From Isurus oxyrinchus (Eukaryota): a stretch of DNA of 64,000 bases. The notes beneath the pieces were generated by a model. That model saw only the letters and a list, made by a program, of their open reading frames with translations. It was not told the DNA's origin and searched no databases. Of the stretch, positions 49,790 through 62,804 are shown one piece after another. The position numbers were made by a program, and so were the translations under genes. Every line of letters begins with the position of its first letter. The stretch's first letter is position 1. Location of the stretch: positions 5,022,001-5,086,000 of the forward strand of contig JANJGN010000034.1 of the NCBI GenBank assembly GCA_026770705.1. The letters run 5' to 3'.

Positions 49790-52450
49790 ATATTGGAAAT
49801 ACGTTTGTCTGAAGTGGCTGCAGTCTAGCAAGACATATATTTCTCAGACTGGATGTTGATTATCTTATAGGGGAACTTCCACATACTGGGTTTCGCAAGT
49901 CTCTACTGCCCTTTTCCTGCAAGATGGTAATAACTGCATTTGCTAAGTGTAGTCTACGGAAGATGGTGAGTTTCCTCAGTGCATCTTGTAGTTGGTACAC
50001 AATGCTGCCAGTGTGCATTTGCTTTGGAGATAGTGTACGTGTTTGGTTTGAATGCACATTAATTGCCCACAATGCCCTGTTCCGTGACAAGTAACCTCAG
50101 CATTGCTAGAGCTGCACGCATTCTGGAAAGTTCAGTCTGTTCCATCACACACCTGACATGTGCCTTGTAGATGATAAAGACTTCTGTGGGTAATGAGGGG
50201 TGACATTATCAGTTGCGACTCGCTTTCCACTGAACTGTTCCTGTAACCACAGTGTTCAGCTGGCTAATCCAGCTCCTGGTGAATGGTGCTCCCAAGTAGT
50301 TTGATGGTGGGGGATTCAGCGATGTTAATGCTGTTGAATAACAAGAACAATGGTTATGGTGTCTCATGTTGGAGGTGATCATTGCATGGCGCTTTTGTGG
50401 AGCTAATGGTACTTGCCACTTACCATTCTAAGCGAGGATATTGTCCAGTTCCTGCTGCATTTGGTTTTGGAATGACGCAGGGCCTGAGAAGTCAGGAATT
50501 GTGTTGAATATTGTGCAATAATATGCTAACATTCCCACAATTAAAGATTTCTTTGAAGGAAGATCATTGAAAAAGCTGATCGCGATGTTTGCCCCAAAGC
50601 ACCACCCTGAGTAACATCTGAATTGATGTCATGGAACTGAAATTGTGCACCTCAAAAAATTACAGCAATTTTCCTCTGTGTGACGTATGTCTTCAACCAT
50701 TGCAAAATTCACGCCCCCCACCACCACCTCCCCCCCCCCCCCCCCCCTCCCCACGCCCAACGATTTCCCATCGACTCTGCTATTCCTGGGGCTCCTTGAT
50801 GCAATACAAGATAAAATTCTTCCCTGATATCTACACAGTGCTGAAATTTAATTCTTTTTCTATCACGTTTAAACCAAGGCTTTAATGAGGTCCAGAGATG
50901 TTTAGCACCTGGTCAAATAAAATGAAAGAGTTTTTGAGCCGGTTAGTGCAAATAATGTACCATTTTACTGCAATGATGACGATGACAGGAATCACTTTAC
51001 TGACGATCGAATATAGACAGATGGGGCAGTGACTGAACCATTTAAATTTGTCATGCTTTCTGTGTACAGGTATACACTTGGGCAATGTTCTACATAGCTT
51101 GGTACACACCAGTGCTGAAACAGCATAGCTGGATGTGTGGCAAGATTAGGAACACAAGTGTTCAGCACAATTATGGAAATTTTGTTAGGGCCCATAGCAT
51201 CCCCAGTATCCTGTGTTTTCAACAGTTTCTTGATATCAAGTATAATGAATTTAATTAGCTCAAGACTTGTTTTGGGGTGCTGTTCGTTTCCAAATGAGGA
51301 AAAGATGAATCATCAACTCGAAACATGTGGCTGAAGATTACTGCCCATATTTCTGACTTGTATTTTTCTCATTTTTGTGTTGGGTCGCCTGTCATTCATG
51401 ATGGAAAGATTTGCTGAACTTCCTCCCTCACTTATTTTTTTAAGTGTTCTCCAAAACTCACTAATAAATGTTGTAGCGCTGCAGAGCATAGATCTGACGA
51501 AGTGATTGTGGAACACCTTAGCTCTGTCCATCAATTGCTGCTTCTGCTGTTTGGCATGCAAGTAGCCCTGTCTTTCAGCTTCAGAACGTTGACAACTCAT
51601 TTTTGATTTGTCTGTTGCTGACCCTAGCATGCCGTCGCAAACTCTCCATTGGGTCTGTGTTGATCCCCTGCTTTGGTGGTGATGAAAGAGATGCTGGTAT
51701 GCCGTGCCATGTGTTTACAGATCATCATTGTACACAATTCAGCTCTTTGCTGATGGTCAACAGCACATCATCGTTACGCAACATAGAGATGCTACATCTC
51801 TTATTAACGAATTCTATTTAGCACGATGCACGTTCCACAACTCAATATTGAAGATATCAATAATGTAAAGGCAAATCATTGACTGGACAAGCACTATTGG
51901 AGTTCACTCTGCCGATAATGTCATGGGCAGATGTAGCTATGGCAAGCAGGTTGGTGAAGCTGAGGGCAAGTATGTTTCTTTTTTCAACGTTCTTGTTTCC
52001 CTCACCTTGAACCGCAAATCCAGCCTACCAACTATGTCATTTAGGGCTTGGGATGTTCAGACTGTAGTTGTGGTGCCCATCCACTCTTTGTCATGGAAAT
52101 CAACGTCCCACACCAAGGGTAACTACAGCGCTCTCGACACACTCAGTACTTCTGCTAATTAATGTCAACATGTAGGGGCCCTGATTTATCAGCTGAGTCA
52201 GCGCACGGGATCAGACCGGGAAATCTGGTAAGTGGTTATCTGAAGGAGAATAACATGCCAATGAAGGATCTGATACCATGAAACTTGATTAAGTCCGGAG
52301 TAGATGCTGAGAACTGCCAGGGCATTTCCCTCCCGACTGCAGCCACCTCTGCTGGGTTAGCCCTGCCACTGGTGCAGAACATTCCCAAGGCTTGTGGTAG
52401 TAGTTTATTGGTCATATCTGCAAGGAATTATTCTTTGAGGCTGCTGCTTG
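49790..52450 (-). mobile_element. Long degenerate LINE fragment (same family as 36420-39170)
   Basis: AMGPNKISIIVLNTCVPNLATHPAMLFQ (compare GPDNIPAxVLKxCAxELA) and YLHAKQQKQQLMDRAK. Confidence 0.8.
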
Positions 52451-53149
52451 AGTAGTCTTTGAGAGAGATCTCTATGTTTTGTAACTAACCCCAGAATTTA
52501 GTAAATGTGTCATTTCCGGTTTAACGGGGCCGAGTTTGTCCTTTTTCAGTTCCAGTGCTTTGGTGGATGCTTTTTCCGCCTGCTTTTATTCATTTTATTC
52601 AAGGTTTGATACGATGAATGTGTTATGCTATTTCAGGGGAAGTTAAGTGCCAATTATATACGTGTTGTACTGTAGTCAAATGTAAGCACTCCAGATTTCC
52701 TTTTCCAAAGGGCATTAATGTGCAAGATTGGTTTATACCAGAACCATCAGTGGTACCGTGATCACCACTGCCTTTTAACGCCACGCCTTTATTTAATTCA
52801 AGCTTCTCTTAAGATTACAACCTGGATCATTAGCCAGAAACCCTCCCTGGGTCTCTGGATTAATAATCCAGTGACAAGAGCACATTACGACCTGCAGGTT
52901 CCCTGGCAGGAAAAAAAGCAAGATGCTGGACAGCTGGGAAATAGTTAATATGGGGTGTTTTTTGTTCTTACAAACAGCATGAGGTAGCTGACACAGAAAA
53001 GGTCACTTCATTAGATACATTTTAATGAATAATGCATTGGAAATTGGATTTCTAACAGGTAAAATAAGTTCGTGATTAAAGGACCATTTTTAGTCTCAAA
53101 CCATAACAAGCAGGGTTCCATATTCATCATTTTTGTGGCATCAACTTTT

Positions 53150-53760
53150 TCCAATCTTTATTTACGATTTAAATCAAGGGGGCCATGTGTCTGTAAAGCA
53201 AAGCTGCTGACGGTACAAAGCTGGATAAATAAGCAAGTTGTGAGGAGGATTAAAGCAATCTGCAATGACGTCAATATATTATAAACCAGTGGCTAAGAAT
53301 ATGACGTGTGGCATAATGTCTTGAAAAATCTGAGAGCTTCCACTTTGGTGGGAAGAAGTGCACCGCATACCAATATTTCATTAAAGAGAAGTCGTAGAAG
53401 GCTGCGTTCCAGGGCTGTGCACTTGTGCATGAAGAAAAATAAAAAAGTTACTGTGCATGCAGATATTTTTTAAACATCACAAATAGTTAGCCTTTATTGC
53501 GAAACTGGAGGGCAGGGGTGAAAGATGTAAAGTTGGAAGGCGAACTAAAACTGTACACGACATAAATGAGACGGCAACATGCGTCAAGTTCAGCGTTTTG
53601 GTCAGTTTACATAATAAGTTAAATACTTGGATTACAGAAAATTCAGAGTAGGTTCAGTAGTTTGCATCCTGGCAAGAATGGTTGTGTTGCGGGAAGCATC
53701 CAAGGGCTCGTTGAATTTCAGGGAGAGAAAAGTGAGCGATGCTGACGAGACTTGGCAAGG
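53150..53760 (+). mobile_element. Degenerate CR1 3' fragment
   Basis: ttccactttggtgggaagaa and tagatgctgaaagtgtgttt resemble CR1 RT C-terminal motifs. Confidence 0.5.
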
Positions 53761-54830
53761 TAGATGCTGAAAGTGTGTTTGGATCTTCATAGTATTATTT
53801 CAAATCGAAAACTGGCTTGGCTTCGAAAATATCGAATGGAGTTTTTTTGTTTAACGAGGCAGATGACCTTCTCTTGCCTGTTTTATTGATGCTTAATTGT
53901 GATTATGATAGAGCCACATGGACACTCGATCCTGCTCAGACATTAAAGATGATCACAGCAGATCTTCAGCTTCAATTCTAATTTACTGTTCTCTGCCCAT
54001 GTCCGCTGGTGCCGCGATCGGGCATACGTATGTCAATAAGAGATTCACATTGCTTTAAAAATCATGACAGCTGCATCCACAATATTCTGACTTAGACAAT
54101 TCAAAAGGTTTACCGGTATTTGAGATGAATTTCTCCTCATCTCAGTGACTAATGATTGGTAATGTATTCCCAGTCTGTGTCCCTTTAGTACGGACTCTTC
54201 AGGCAGGTCATGCTGGGAATCTGTGTCAACAATGTCAAATCGATCTTGAATAATTTATATTGAAATGACTTAATGACTCATCCAAATGTAGTCAATTTCA
54301 AAAATTCTAATTTTCCAAGCTTCTCATTTTAGAACTTTAATTCGTTGCTGCACCACAACTATATAAGTGGAGTAATCATCCTCGATATCATGAACTGAAA
54401 ACCAGGAAGAACTTATAACTAGATTTCAATGTCGAATCTCTGTCCCTGTCCCTGCCCTGTTATTAATCAAGTGGTTCATGCATTAATAATGACTGTCCGT
54501 TTGAATTCTTAGTGATCATAAGATAATTACCGCGTTATTTTTCTGCATTGGCAGCATATTGCCGCCAAAAAAGTATTTCGTGATAACCTGATGTTATGTG
54601 GCCACCGTTATAATTCAGCTTTATATTTTGTGGACTCAAAACTGTCCAGTTCAGTGGGAGGGCAGCTTTATCCACTTGCTCTACGCGGGTCAAGAAAAGT
54701 GCAATGTTTCATGTATTTAAAAATAAACTTTAAGCACATTCCCTCCGAAAAAAGCTTACAATTGTGTACAACTATAGTTTCATTGACTGTCGAACTGATT
54801 GGCAATTTGATTTTCCATTTCACTTTGCAG

Positions 54831-54860
54831 AATTGGCATTGTCTAACAGAAGCATACAGG
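54831..54860 (+). CDS. Exon E13 (30 nt); (E)LALSNRSIQ
   Basis: ttttccatttcactttgcag|AATTGGC...ATACAGG|gtaagc; both splice sites strong. Confidence 0.8.
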
Positions 54861-55028
54861 GTAAGCGGAACAAAAAATATATGTAATAACTTTCATTTGT
54901 CATGCCGTTCAGCGAATGCGAATTGGTGTAACTAAATGTATGTTGGAATAGAAGTTCTTCTTAGGGGCTAAGGCAGAAGCAAACAACGCAACAAAAATGT
55001 AACTTATTTGCAATATTCTTGATTTCAG

Positions 55029-55055
55029 TTGACAATATAGCAGATACAATTGCCG
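55029..55055 (+). CDS. Microexon E14 (27 nt); (V)DNIADTIA
   Basis: ttcttgatttcag|TTGACAAT...TTGCCG|gtaatt; phase 0 is closed. Confidence 0.7.
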
Positions 55056-55444
55056 GTAATTTATTTTTAAATATTTCCTCAAGAAATTGTCTCTACGAGC
55101 GGTTTAGCATGTTCTCTATGAAGAAACTTTATGAGCGAGAATATTGTTTTTAAATCCTTCACTGCTTTCCTGACCATATTTCCTTTCCCTGCTTTCACCA
55201 CAGCTGCTGCTAATTAGCACGTAGAACGGTTCGTGCTGTGTAATTTTATTCTTTTCATGCATTGCCATTGGCATTGGATATAATTATAACTATCTTCTAT
55301 ATAAGCGCACTTATCAGCTGGAACAGAACGAGAGTGCTCTTACCCAGCTAACAGCTGAACGATTACAATCATGCAGAATTAGTCGTTTGTGTGATCAGCA
55401 AAGCCAAAGGTTGGATGTTCAGGAAGTTTGAGGAAAAAATAAGG

Positions 55445-56040
55445 ACATAATACATAGTTGCAAAAATAGGCCAATTGGCCCATCGAGTATGCTTTGCCAT
55501 TCAGTCATGGCTGATGAGTTTATCAACCGCATTCTCCTGCTTTCTCCCGGTAACCTTTGATCTCCTTACCAATCAAGAACCTGTCTATCTCAGTATTAAT
55601 TACACTCAATTACCTGGCCTCCACAGCCTTCTATGGCAATGGATTCCATAAATTCACCGCTCTTTGCCTAAAGAAGTTTCTCCTCATTCTGTTCTAAAAG
55701 GTCTTCCATTTACTCTGAGGCTGTGCACTCGGGTCCTAGTTTCTCCGACTAATGAAAACATCTTCCCCACGTCCATTCTATCCAAGCCTATCAGTGTTCT
55801 GTAAGTTTTAAACAGATTCCCCCTCATCCTTCTAAATTCTTTCGATTATAGACCCAGAGTCCTCAAACTTTCCTCATATGTTAAGTCTTTCATTCCAGGG
55901 ATCATTCTCGTGAAACTACTCTGGACCATCTCGAGGGCCAGCACATCTTTTCTGAGATACGTGGCCCAAAATTGCCAACAATATTCTAAATGTGGTCTGA
56001 ACAGTGCCTTATTAAACCTCAGCAGCACATCTCTGCTTTT
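55445..56040 (-). mobile_element. Relatively well preserved CR1 LINE 3' end
   Basis: ALFRPHLEYCWQFWATYLRKDVLALEMVQSSFTRMIPGM plus the 3' UTR tail. Confidence 0.92.
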
Positions 56041-57459
56041 TTATCAAGTCAAATTTGTGTCAATAAGACAATAAGCGTTATGCTAGCGGTGGTAACATTT
56101 TCAAAGCTCGACTTAAAAAGAGATGTGCCAGTGTACACGACACAATAGCAAATTTAAACATGCTTAAAGAATGAATAAATTGCGTGTATGATGCAAGTAG
56201 GAAGGGAGAGTTTTTAGCGAAGCTTGGCTTTGGAAAGTTTTGTGATGGCTGGTCTGTTGACTGAAGGTTGGACATTCCTTTGAGGAGAAAGAGCATGGTC
56301 ACCAATTTGTCGGAAATGGAAGCAGGATGCGAAAGTTGCCTGATCAGTAATTCATCGGGATTCGTTCTATGAAACAGGTAGATGGGTCTTAGTCATCAAA
56401 ACTGGTGGTTGTATATCTATTCGTATAAATCGATGCTATATGCAAATTCTATATCACATGCTGCTGTGTATTACCGAAATGGCTGCGAGAATGTGGAATC
56501 CTAGGGCCTACTATTTGATGAAATTTTATAGGTATGTCTAATCAACAGATTGTGCATTATAGGAAAAACATAAAACAATGATTGAATTTTATGGTTCTCT
56601 AATAGAATACCGCAAACAAGTTTGTTTATATAAGAAGGCAACCATCTTACAAAGAACCTTAGACCACGTATTAATGATCATTCCCATTATGAAGCAGCAT
56701 ACACGGATGATGATGCCATCTATCATAAAGTGAAGAATACTTAAGACATTTAAAATGGACTCTATTATAGGGTTTGAAAGTTCATAGATTTTTCAGAAAA
56801 GCGCCACATTTTGTCAAATGCCAAACACTAATAGAGCTCAAGAACAATTTCCCTGCCAAGATGATTGATATTTGTGCAGGTACGCGGATATCACTCACGA
56901 GTCAAAAATAAGACTTTTTTTTCACTTTTCATGCAAACACGGATCATAAAGCAAACCAATTAGGGGAACATTTAACGGTATTGGTTGTTGATTCCTCAGA
57001 TAGACGAAGTTGCAGCTGTTGCAGTGGTTTCGGTGAACAGATATAATAAGGCCCAATTGTTCCCATTGGCACAATCCTAGTAGGCCGATGTCGGAAAATT
57101 GAGGTAATTAACGAAAAACTAAAAAGGGCTGTTTAGCTTCATTTTTCAAGTAGTAAGTTAATATGGGTCATGGTTAATATCGGATCGACGTACAACGCAG
57201 CGAAAGTGGCCTCAGCCGATTTTGTTGTTTTCAGAAAGGAAGTCCAAAGTGAATCTCAGGCGAAACATCCAGTGCTATGCTGACAAAGGAGAAGTACGAA
57301 GTTTATGATCTTTAGCATCATCGACCCAAACAAAGTTGTTTATTTTGTGACCATCTTCTTGCTTTCTGAGACAGCATTTTGGATCAGTTCCCTAACAGCA
57401 TGAGGCGGACGTTGTACTGGATGTCCTTGGCTGAGCTGGTGTATCGCTTGTTGTATAAA

Positions 57460-59420
57460 TCAGGTGCGAGGCCTCGGAGGCAATATGGTTGAAGTTATTG
57501 AATGGATGGAATTCATAACGCTCATGGACTTAGACAAGATCCTGCTTGAAGTGTGGACCTGTGTTAGCCCCCTGTGCACTAAGTGGAATGACTGTGCTTT
57601 CGAGATATCAGCCATTTTTTTGTGTGGCTTCTTGGTGACTTCAGTCAGTGACTGTTTCCGTTACTTGAGGGATGCACTGGCCTTAGTCACAGCCACCACG
57701 TCTGGCATTGCACTCGACTTGGACCATCTCAAGGATACAGCGCCAAATCTTGTGCCGCCTGCTCTGATTCAGTATCTATTGGATCAGACCTTTATTACCC
57801 CTCGAAGGAATAACGGCTAGATTAAAAATAAAATCAGCTTTTGTTATTGCATCATACCCCGAGTTCCTCCCTCCTTTCCACTTCCTGACTTACAGCTATT
57901 TCCAGGGTGTTGTTTTTGTCATCTATAGTGAATACTGAAACAAAGTATGTGTTTACGTAATCGGCCATCTGCATTCCTTCCATCATCTATTTCCAAAACG
58001 CATGTTCGATGGGTCCAATGCTCCCTTTATAAACTTTTCCCATGTCTAACTGGCTATAGAAACGCTTATTCTCCGGCTACATATGTACATAGTTTTTTTG
58101 TATATTCTGAACTATCCCTTTAAATGCCTGCTCTGAACTTCTACTGACGTTAACCTTAACCTCAGTTGCCAGTTCACGTTTGCTAGATCTGTTTTCATGC
58201 CCTCAGAAGCACCCTTATTTAAGTTCAAAATGCTAGTCTTGGGCCCAGACGCTTCTCGCTCAAAATGAACTTAGAATTCAATCATATTACGATCTCTACT
58301 ACGCCTGGATCTCTTAACTCAGAGGTTATCAATTAATTGTACCTCGTTGCGCAATGCTATGTCTAGTGTAGCCTGCCCTCTGGTTGGCTCCAGCACAAGG
58401 TGTTCAGATAAAATACACCATAAACATTTTCTGAACTTGTCATCTACTCCACATTTGGGCAAGTAATTTTTACATTATAACTGCAGCTTAAATTCCCCCA
58501 TGATTATTGATGCAACTTTCGGGCATGCTTCCGTATTTTCTCCTTTTACAACCTACCTACTATGTACTTACCTTTTGGGAAGCTTACAACACTCCCTGAA
58601 ATGCGTTTATCATTACTCAACTCATAACGCATCTACATCATCTTGTCCTGAACGAAGTTGATTCTTCCCTAATATGCTAAGACCATAACTAATTAGCAGA
58701 TTTACTCCTCCAAGTTCTCCTAACTTCAAGTCCTTATTAATTGTCAGGTGACCCTTCCACATTCAGACCATCATCTATGTCATGCTGTAGCGATGTTTCC
58801 AACTTTCCCTTTGGATATGCTCTTTTTATCTGATCAGTATATTCACAACTGTTTATCTTCGAAAACAACATTTGGTCGGATAAGGAGTCAGTAGTTTTTT
58901 TTTGTCCTTGAGCCTTTGTGTAGCGTCTCGCCTTATTGGCCAATTTACTCTTATATATAGACTACCTGTGCCTTCCTATCACAGTCTATTCACTATTTCC
59001 GTCATTAATACATATCCCTCTTGCCTTGCCTCTACCCTTTAGTTTACAGCTGTTTCCAAAAATGTATCCCTTTCCCCTAATATTCATTTAAAACGATCTC
59101 TACATCCCCAGTTAGGCAGTTCGTGAGGATAGCAGCCCCAGCAGAGTTCATGTGTAGAATGTCCAAACGATAGAGATCCTCGTCTTTCCAACACAGCTGC
59201 CAGTGCCTCACAAACCGCAACCCACTTCTCCCAAAGCAGTCTTTGAGACACACATTCATATATCTGTTCTTATTTGTCCGATAAAAAATTGTACGTGGCT
59301 CAGGCAATTATCCAGAAATTATTATCATTGAGGTTCTCCTGCTTAATCTCGTGCTTAGCTCCTCAAATTGATTATGCAGAGCCTACTTCTTCGACCTGCC
59401 TGTGGCGCGGACATGAACGT
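57460..59420 (-). mobile_element. CR1 LINE 5' part: SGNH-esterase ORF1 C-terminus and ORF2 endonuclease
   Basis: ORF 59077-59307 MNVCLKDCFGRSGLRFVRHW...LYRLDILHMNSAGAAIL; reverse complement of aaattcccccatgattat encodes IIMGEF (compare GDFN). Confidence 0.8.
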
Positions 59421-59820
59421 GGACGATTTGGTGATGCAAGGACATTTTAAAGAACATCAAGTTTACGGGAAGCAGAATCCCAATGCGGGCACCCTCGAAT
59501 AGCGAATACTTAGTGCATCAATGGCACCAATGTGCTGTTCACAACAGAAGACATAAGCACTGTCGGAAAAGGAGGATGCTTAATTTTGCGACAAAAATAA
59601 ATGTTTCTTCTTGACAGGGGAGAAAAAAAATGACCAAAAATGACGTTCTGGTTTACGTTTCAGCATTTGCCATTTTGACGAATGATGTTGCAGACTGGAA
59701 AATGGTGTTTGCATCGTATTTTCAAGGAAACGGCTTTGGCCTTAATAATAATTAATTGGAAAAAATATCTCCTAATAACGTACAGGATGCCATGAATTCA
59801 GTCTTCCAAATGAAATTTCA

Positions 59821-59846
59821 GAGAGCTGGACCTGAGAGCTGGACCT
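59821..59846. repeat. Tandem duplication, 13-bp unit x2
   Basis: gagagctggacct repeated. Confidence 0.9.
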
Positions 59847-62783
59847 GACGTGGACTGTGGTTTTGTGAATGGCTCCAAAGTTTAAGGCATGAACTTATTC
59901 CGCTCTGTGGCTGTGTATGAATGTGATAAAATATTGAACCAATGTCGATACTTGGAGGCAACAAATGTCAAGGTCCAAGGCTCTGAAGGCAAATCATTTT
60001 TGTTGGCATTATATTACTGCCGGAATATTACAGCTCTAAGAGAAGAAAATTACATGTTTCAGCTCGATGAAAAAGAAACCTGGATGGAATAAAATGTAAT
60101 CAATTTGAAGCATTGACGAATTATTCTTCTCTTCAGCAGAAGATGTCATTTCCAGCTTTTTGAATATAATGTGAAAAAATGTTACATAACTATGGAATGA
60201 ATGCGTATATAATGGAACGTGTGAAAGCCTAGAGTTTAATGTAAACAGTTTGAGAGGAGTCAGGGGAATCAACGGTGTGAGATTAAAAATTATCTTTCTG
60301 TGGGTATAAGGAACTGAGACACTGTGACGCACAACAAAGAAGAAGAGCAAGAGTGCGGAGTTCAGCCTCAATTGTGCCAAAAGAGCCTTAGGACTTCTAC
60401 TCATGTGCAGATCCTATTTTTCATGCACCTGGATTCCTGCAAATGTGCAATCTGCAGCAGGGCCACACATGCGAAGTTAGTTGATTTTCACATCTTCACT
60501 CCTGGAACTGACCCTACGCAAATGAGAATTTCTAATTTGTTTTCTTTTAAGAGGCTGCAAACCAGCCCCGTGCCTGGGCTGAAGTAAACTCGCACGAAAA
60601 TGTTAGGTGACCTTAAAGAGGGCCGACATTGCCCAGAACTGTCCCAAGGAACAGGAGGTGGGATGGAATCTTAGAACAAGTCCTAGGTATTGGACAAGGT
60701 CCTACACCATGCACTGGGACAGAAATAGGTCCTAGCAGCCAGTTATCCTTAAAAGACCCAGGACTGGATTCTGAGGCAGGCCATTTCAGATAAAGGTAAA
60801 ATTCAGGAGCAGAAGTTAAAGTGAGGAAGCAGCGGGGGCAAAAGTGTAGGAAACTGGGATTGAGATGAGGTAGAACTTCGTGGATGAAGTCAAAGTTTGT
60901 GACCCCTTTCTTCGTACATTCGGAGCAAGGGAGTTCTGTTTGCCAATGCCAACAATCCTAGAGTGTGTGTGGAATGTGATATGTGAATATATCGATAGAT
61001 TCAAGGCGGAGAGGGGGGGCATTCAGAAGGTGAGGTTGAAATTTTGGGGGTGGATTAATGTTGAAGAGTTCCGAATGGAAAATTCCTCTGGGAGAAAATT
61101 TCCAGGAAGACTTCTGGAGAAAGGTAGAATTTCAGTAGTATTGGCTGGTTCACGGTGCAACAACCATCTTGGATAATAATCATAAATATCGGGAATGTGC
61201 ATTAGTGGCACCTATCACTCGTTTTCCGCATGCTGTATTGATCCGCAGTTCAGCTACTAGCTTGCATGTGCTCCATACTTACCCTGAATAGTAGAGACTA
61301 AGATAAATATTGTAAATTGTCACATTGTACCGAAATTTTCTGCACTATTTTACGTTTACTTGGAGTGAAGGAATAGTGACTTCAATATTGAGCAATGTTT
61401 GTTTTCCTTCTGTATTTAATTGCATTCTACCTTGATAATATTTGCCTTATTCTTTGTGTTAAATGTACAGTAGCGAACTACTGGACATGTGTTCTTTAAC
61501 TGCCCTCCACGGTTACAATAATTAAATTAAGATCTATCAAGCCAGGGACCTCTCCATGATTTCACTTGTTCAATCATGATATTCGCTGTAATCATTACAG
61601 CACAATGTATTTTAGCACACAGAAATTTCAGGCACTTGAGATATTCACTGCAAAGACCGAGGTCTTGAATGGTTTAAACACATTGATTTTAGCGCAACTT
61701 TTAGTGAGACCATCATTTAGTTTCAGATTGGCTGTGATTGTTCCCTTTGGCTAACATTTGTTAATGATATTTCACAGAATTCAGTGTTGTCAAACGTGCA
61801 GAAATGAGTTGTGGCTTTTTAATATTAAGGAACTGAACTATTCTGATCCATAGAGCGCAGTCTGCAAGTGTACCATAAAGAAACCTAATTATTTTCGAAA
61901 CATTAATGGGAATGTTTCAGGCGAACGTGATTAAAGTCGACTGACCAGGTTTTTCATTCAGGTACAGCTTGGGCTGACTTAAATTGGCTCAAGCTTCAGC
62001 AAACTGAGATAAATAATGCTTCTCTGATTCTGGTTGGTTTTAAATCTCGGTTGACGCTTTGTAAGATCCAACTGTGACTTATTCCACAAATCATCTAGTT
62101 AAATAAGTTATATCCTCTCATCTGTAACTGCAATTTTATTTTTATCTGACATGGACTTACAGAATTAGAATTGCCAAAGCTCCAGTTCTTCGAATTATGT
62201 CCAAAGATGCGGTCAGATCAAAATGTTTTCCCAGCTGAGAGGCCCAAGCATTTTACCTTGAAGAAAGTTATGACCAAATGCCATCGTATATACTTGTGTA
62301 GGGTATTGGCAAATGTTGATTGATAAGACGCCTATGAACCGAATTGGAAGCCTCAGAACACGAAATGGGTCATTCGGAACACGTTACTGACAGTATGCCT
62401 CTTCTTTGCTGCCTCTTCAAGAGCCAAAAAAAAAAACACCATACGTAAAGTTCATCCAATGTTTCACTGCTGTTCCAGGTAGACAAACTTACCTAAACAT
62501 TTCTGGAGTTCGTTCTCACTACCGAGATTCCTTTTAAGTCATTTCTACATTTTTGAAAAAATCTTTACTAACTGGTATGACTGCGTCTTCGAGGCTCTAT
62601 TATTTGTATTTATGCAGTACTCGGTTAGAACTGTATTTTTCATTGATCCGGTTGAATTGAGGTGACTCTATCTTTTGTCAAATCTGAATTTGAAAATGAC
62701 TTTATTGAAACATGGTTCTATTACTTTTCGATGGCAATTGAATTTTGATAGAATATTCACCACTTTCCTCTTCTGACTCACAG

Positions 62784-62804
62784 ACCTCAAAAAGTGCAAA
62801 AATG
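62784..62804 (+). CDS. Microexon E15 (21 nt, one heptad); (D)LKKCKN
   Basis: cactttcctcttctgactcacag|ACCTCAAAAAGTGCAAAAATG|gtaagg. Confidence 0.8.

Noticed and set aside
50715-50760. Poly-proline ORF and poly-C tracts (also near 29013 and 41760)
   Set aside because: Simple homopolymer runs within repeats or intron; no coding evidence.
59820-59990. B30.2/PRY-SPRY exon start
   Set aside because: No real LDPxTAH or YWEV motif; the resemblance comes from a 13-bp tandem duplication.
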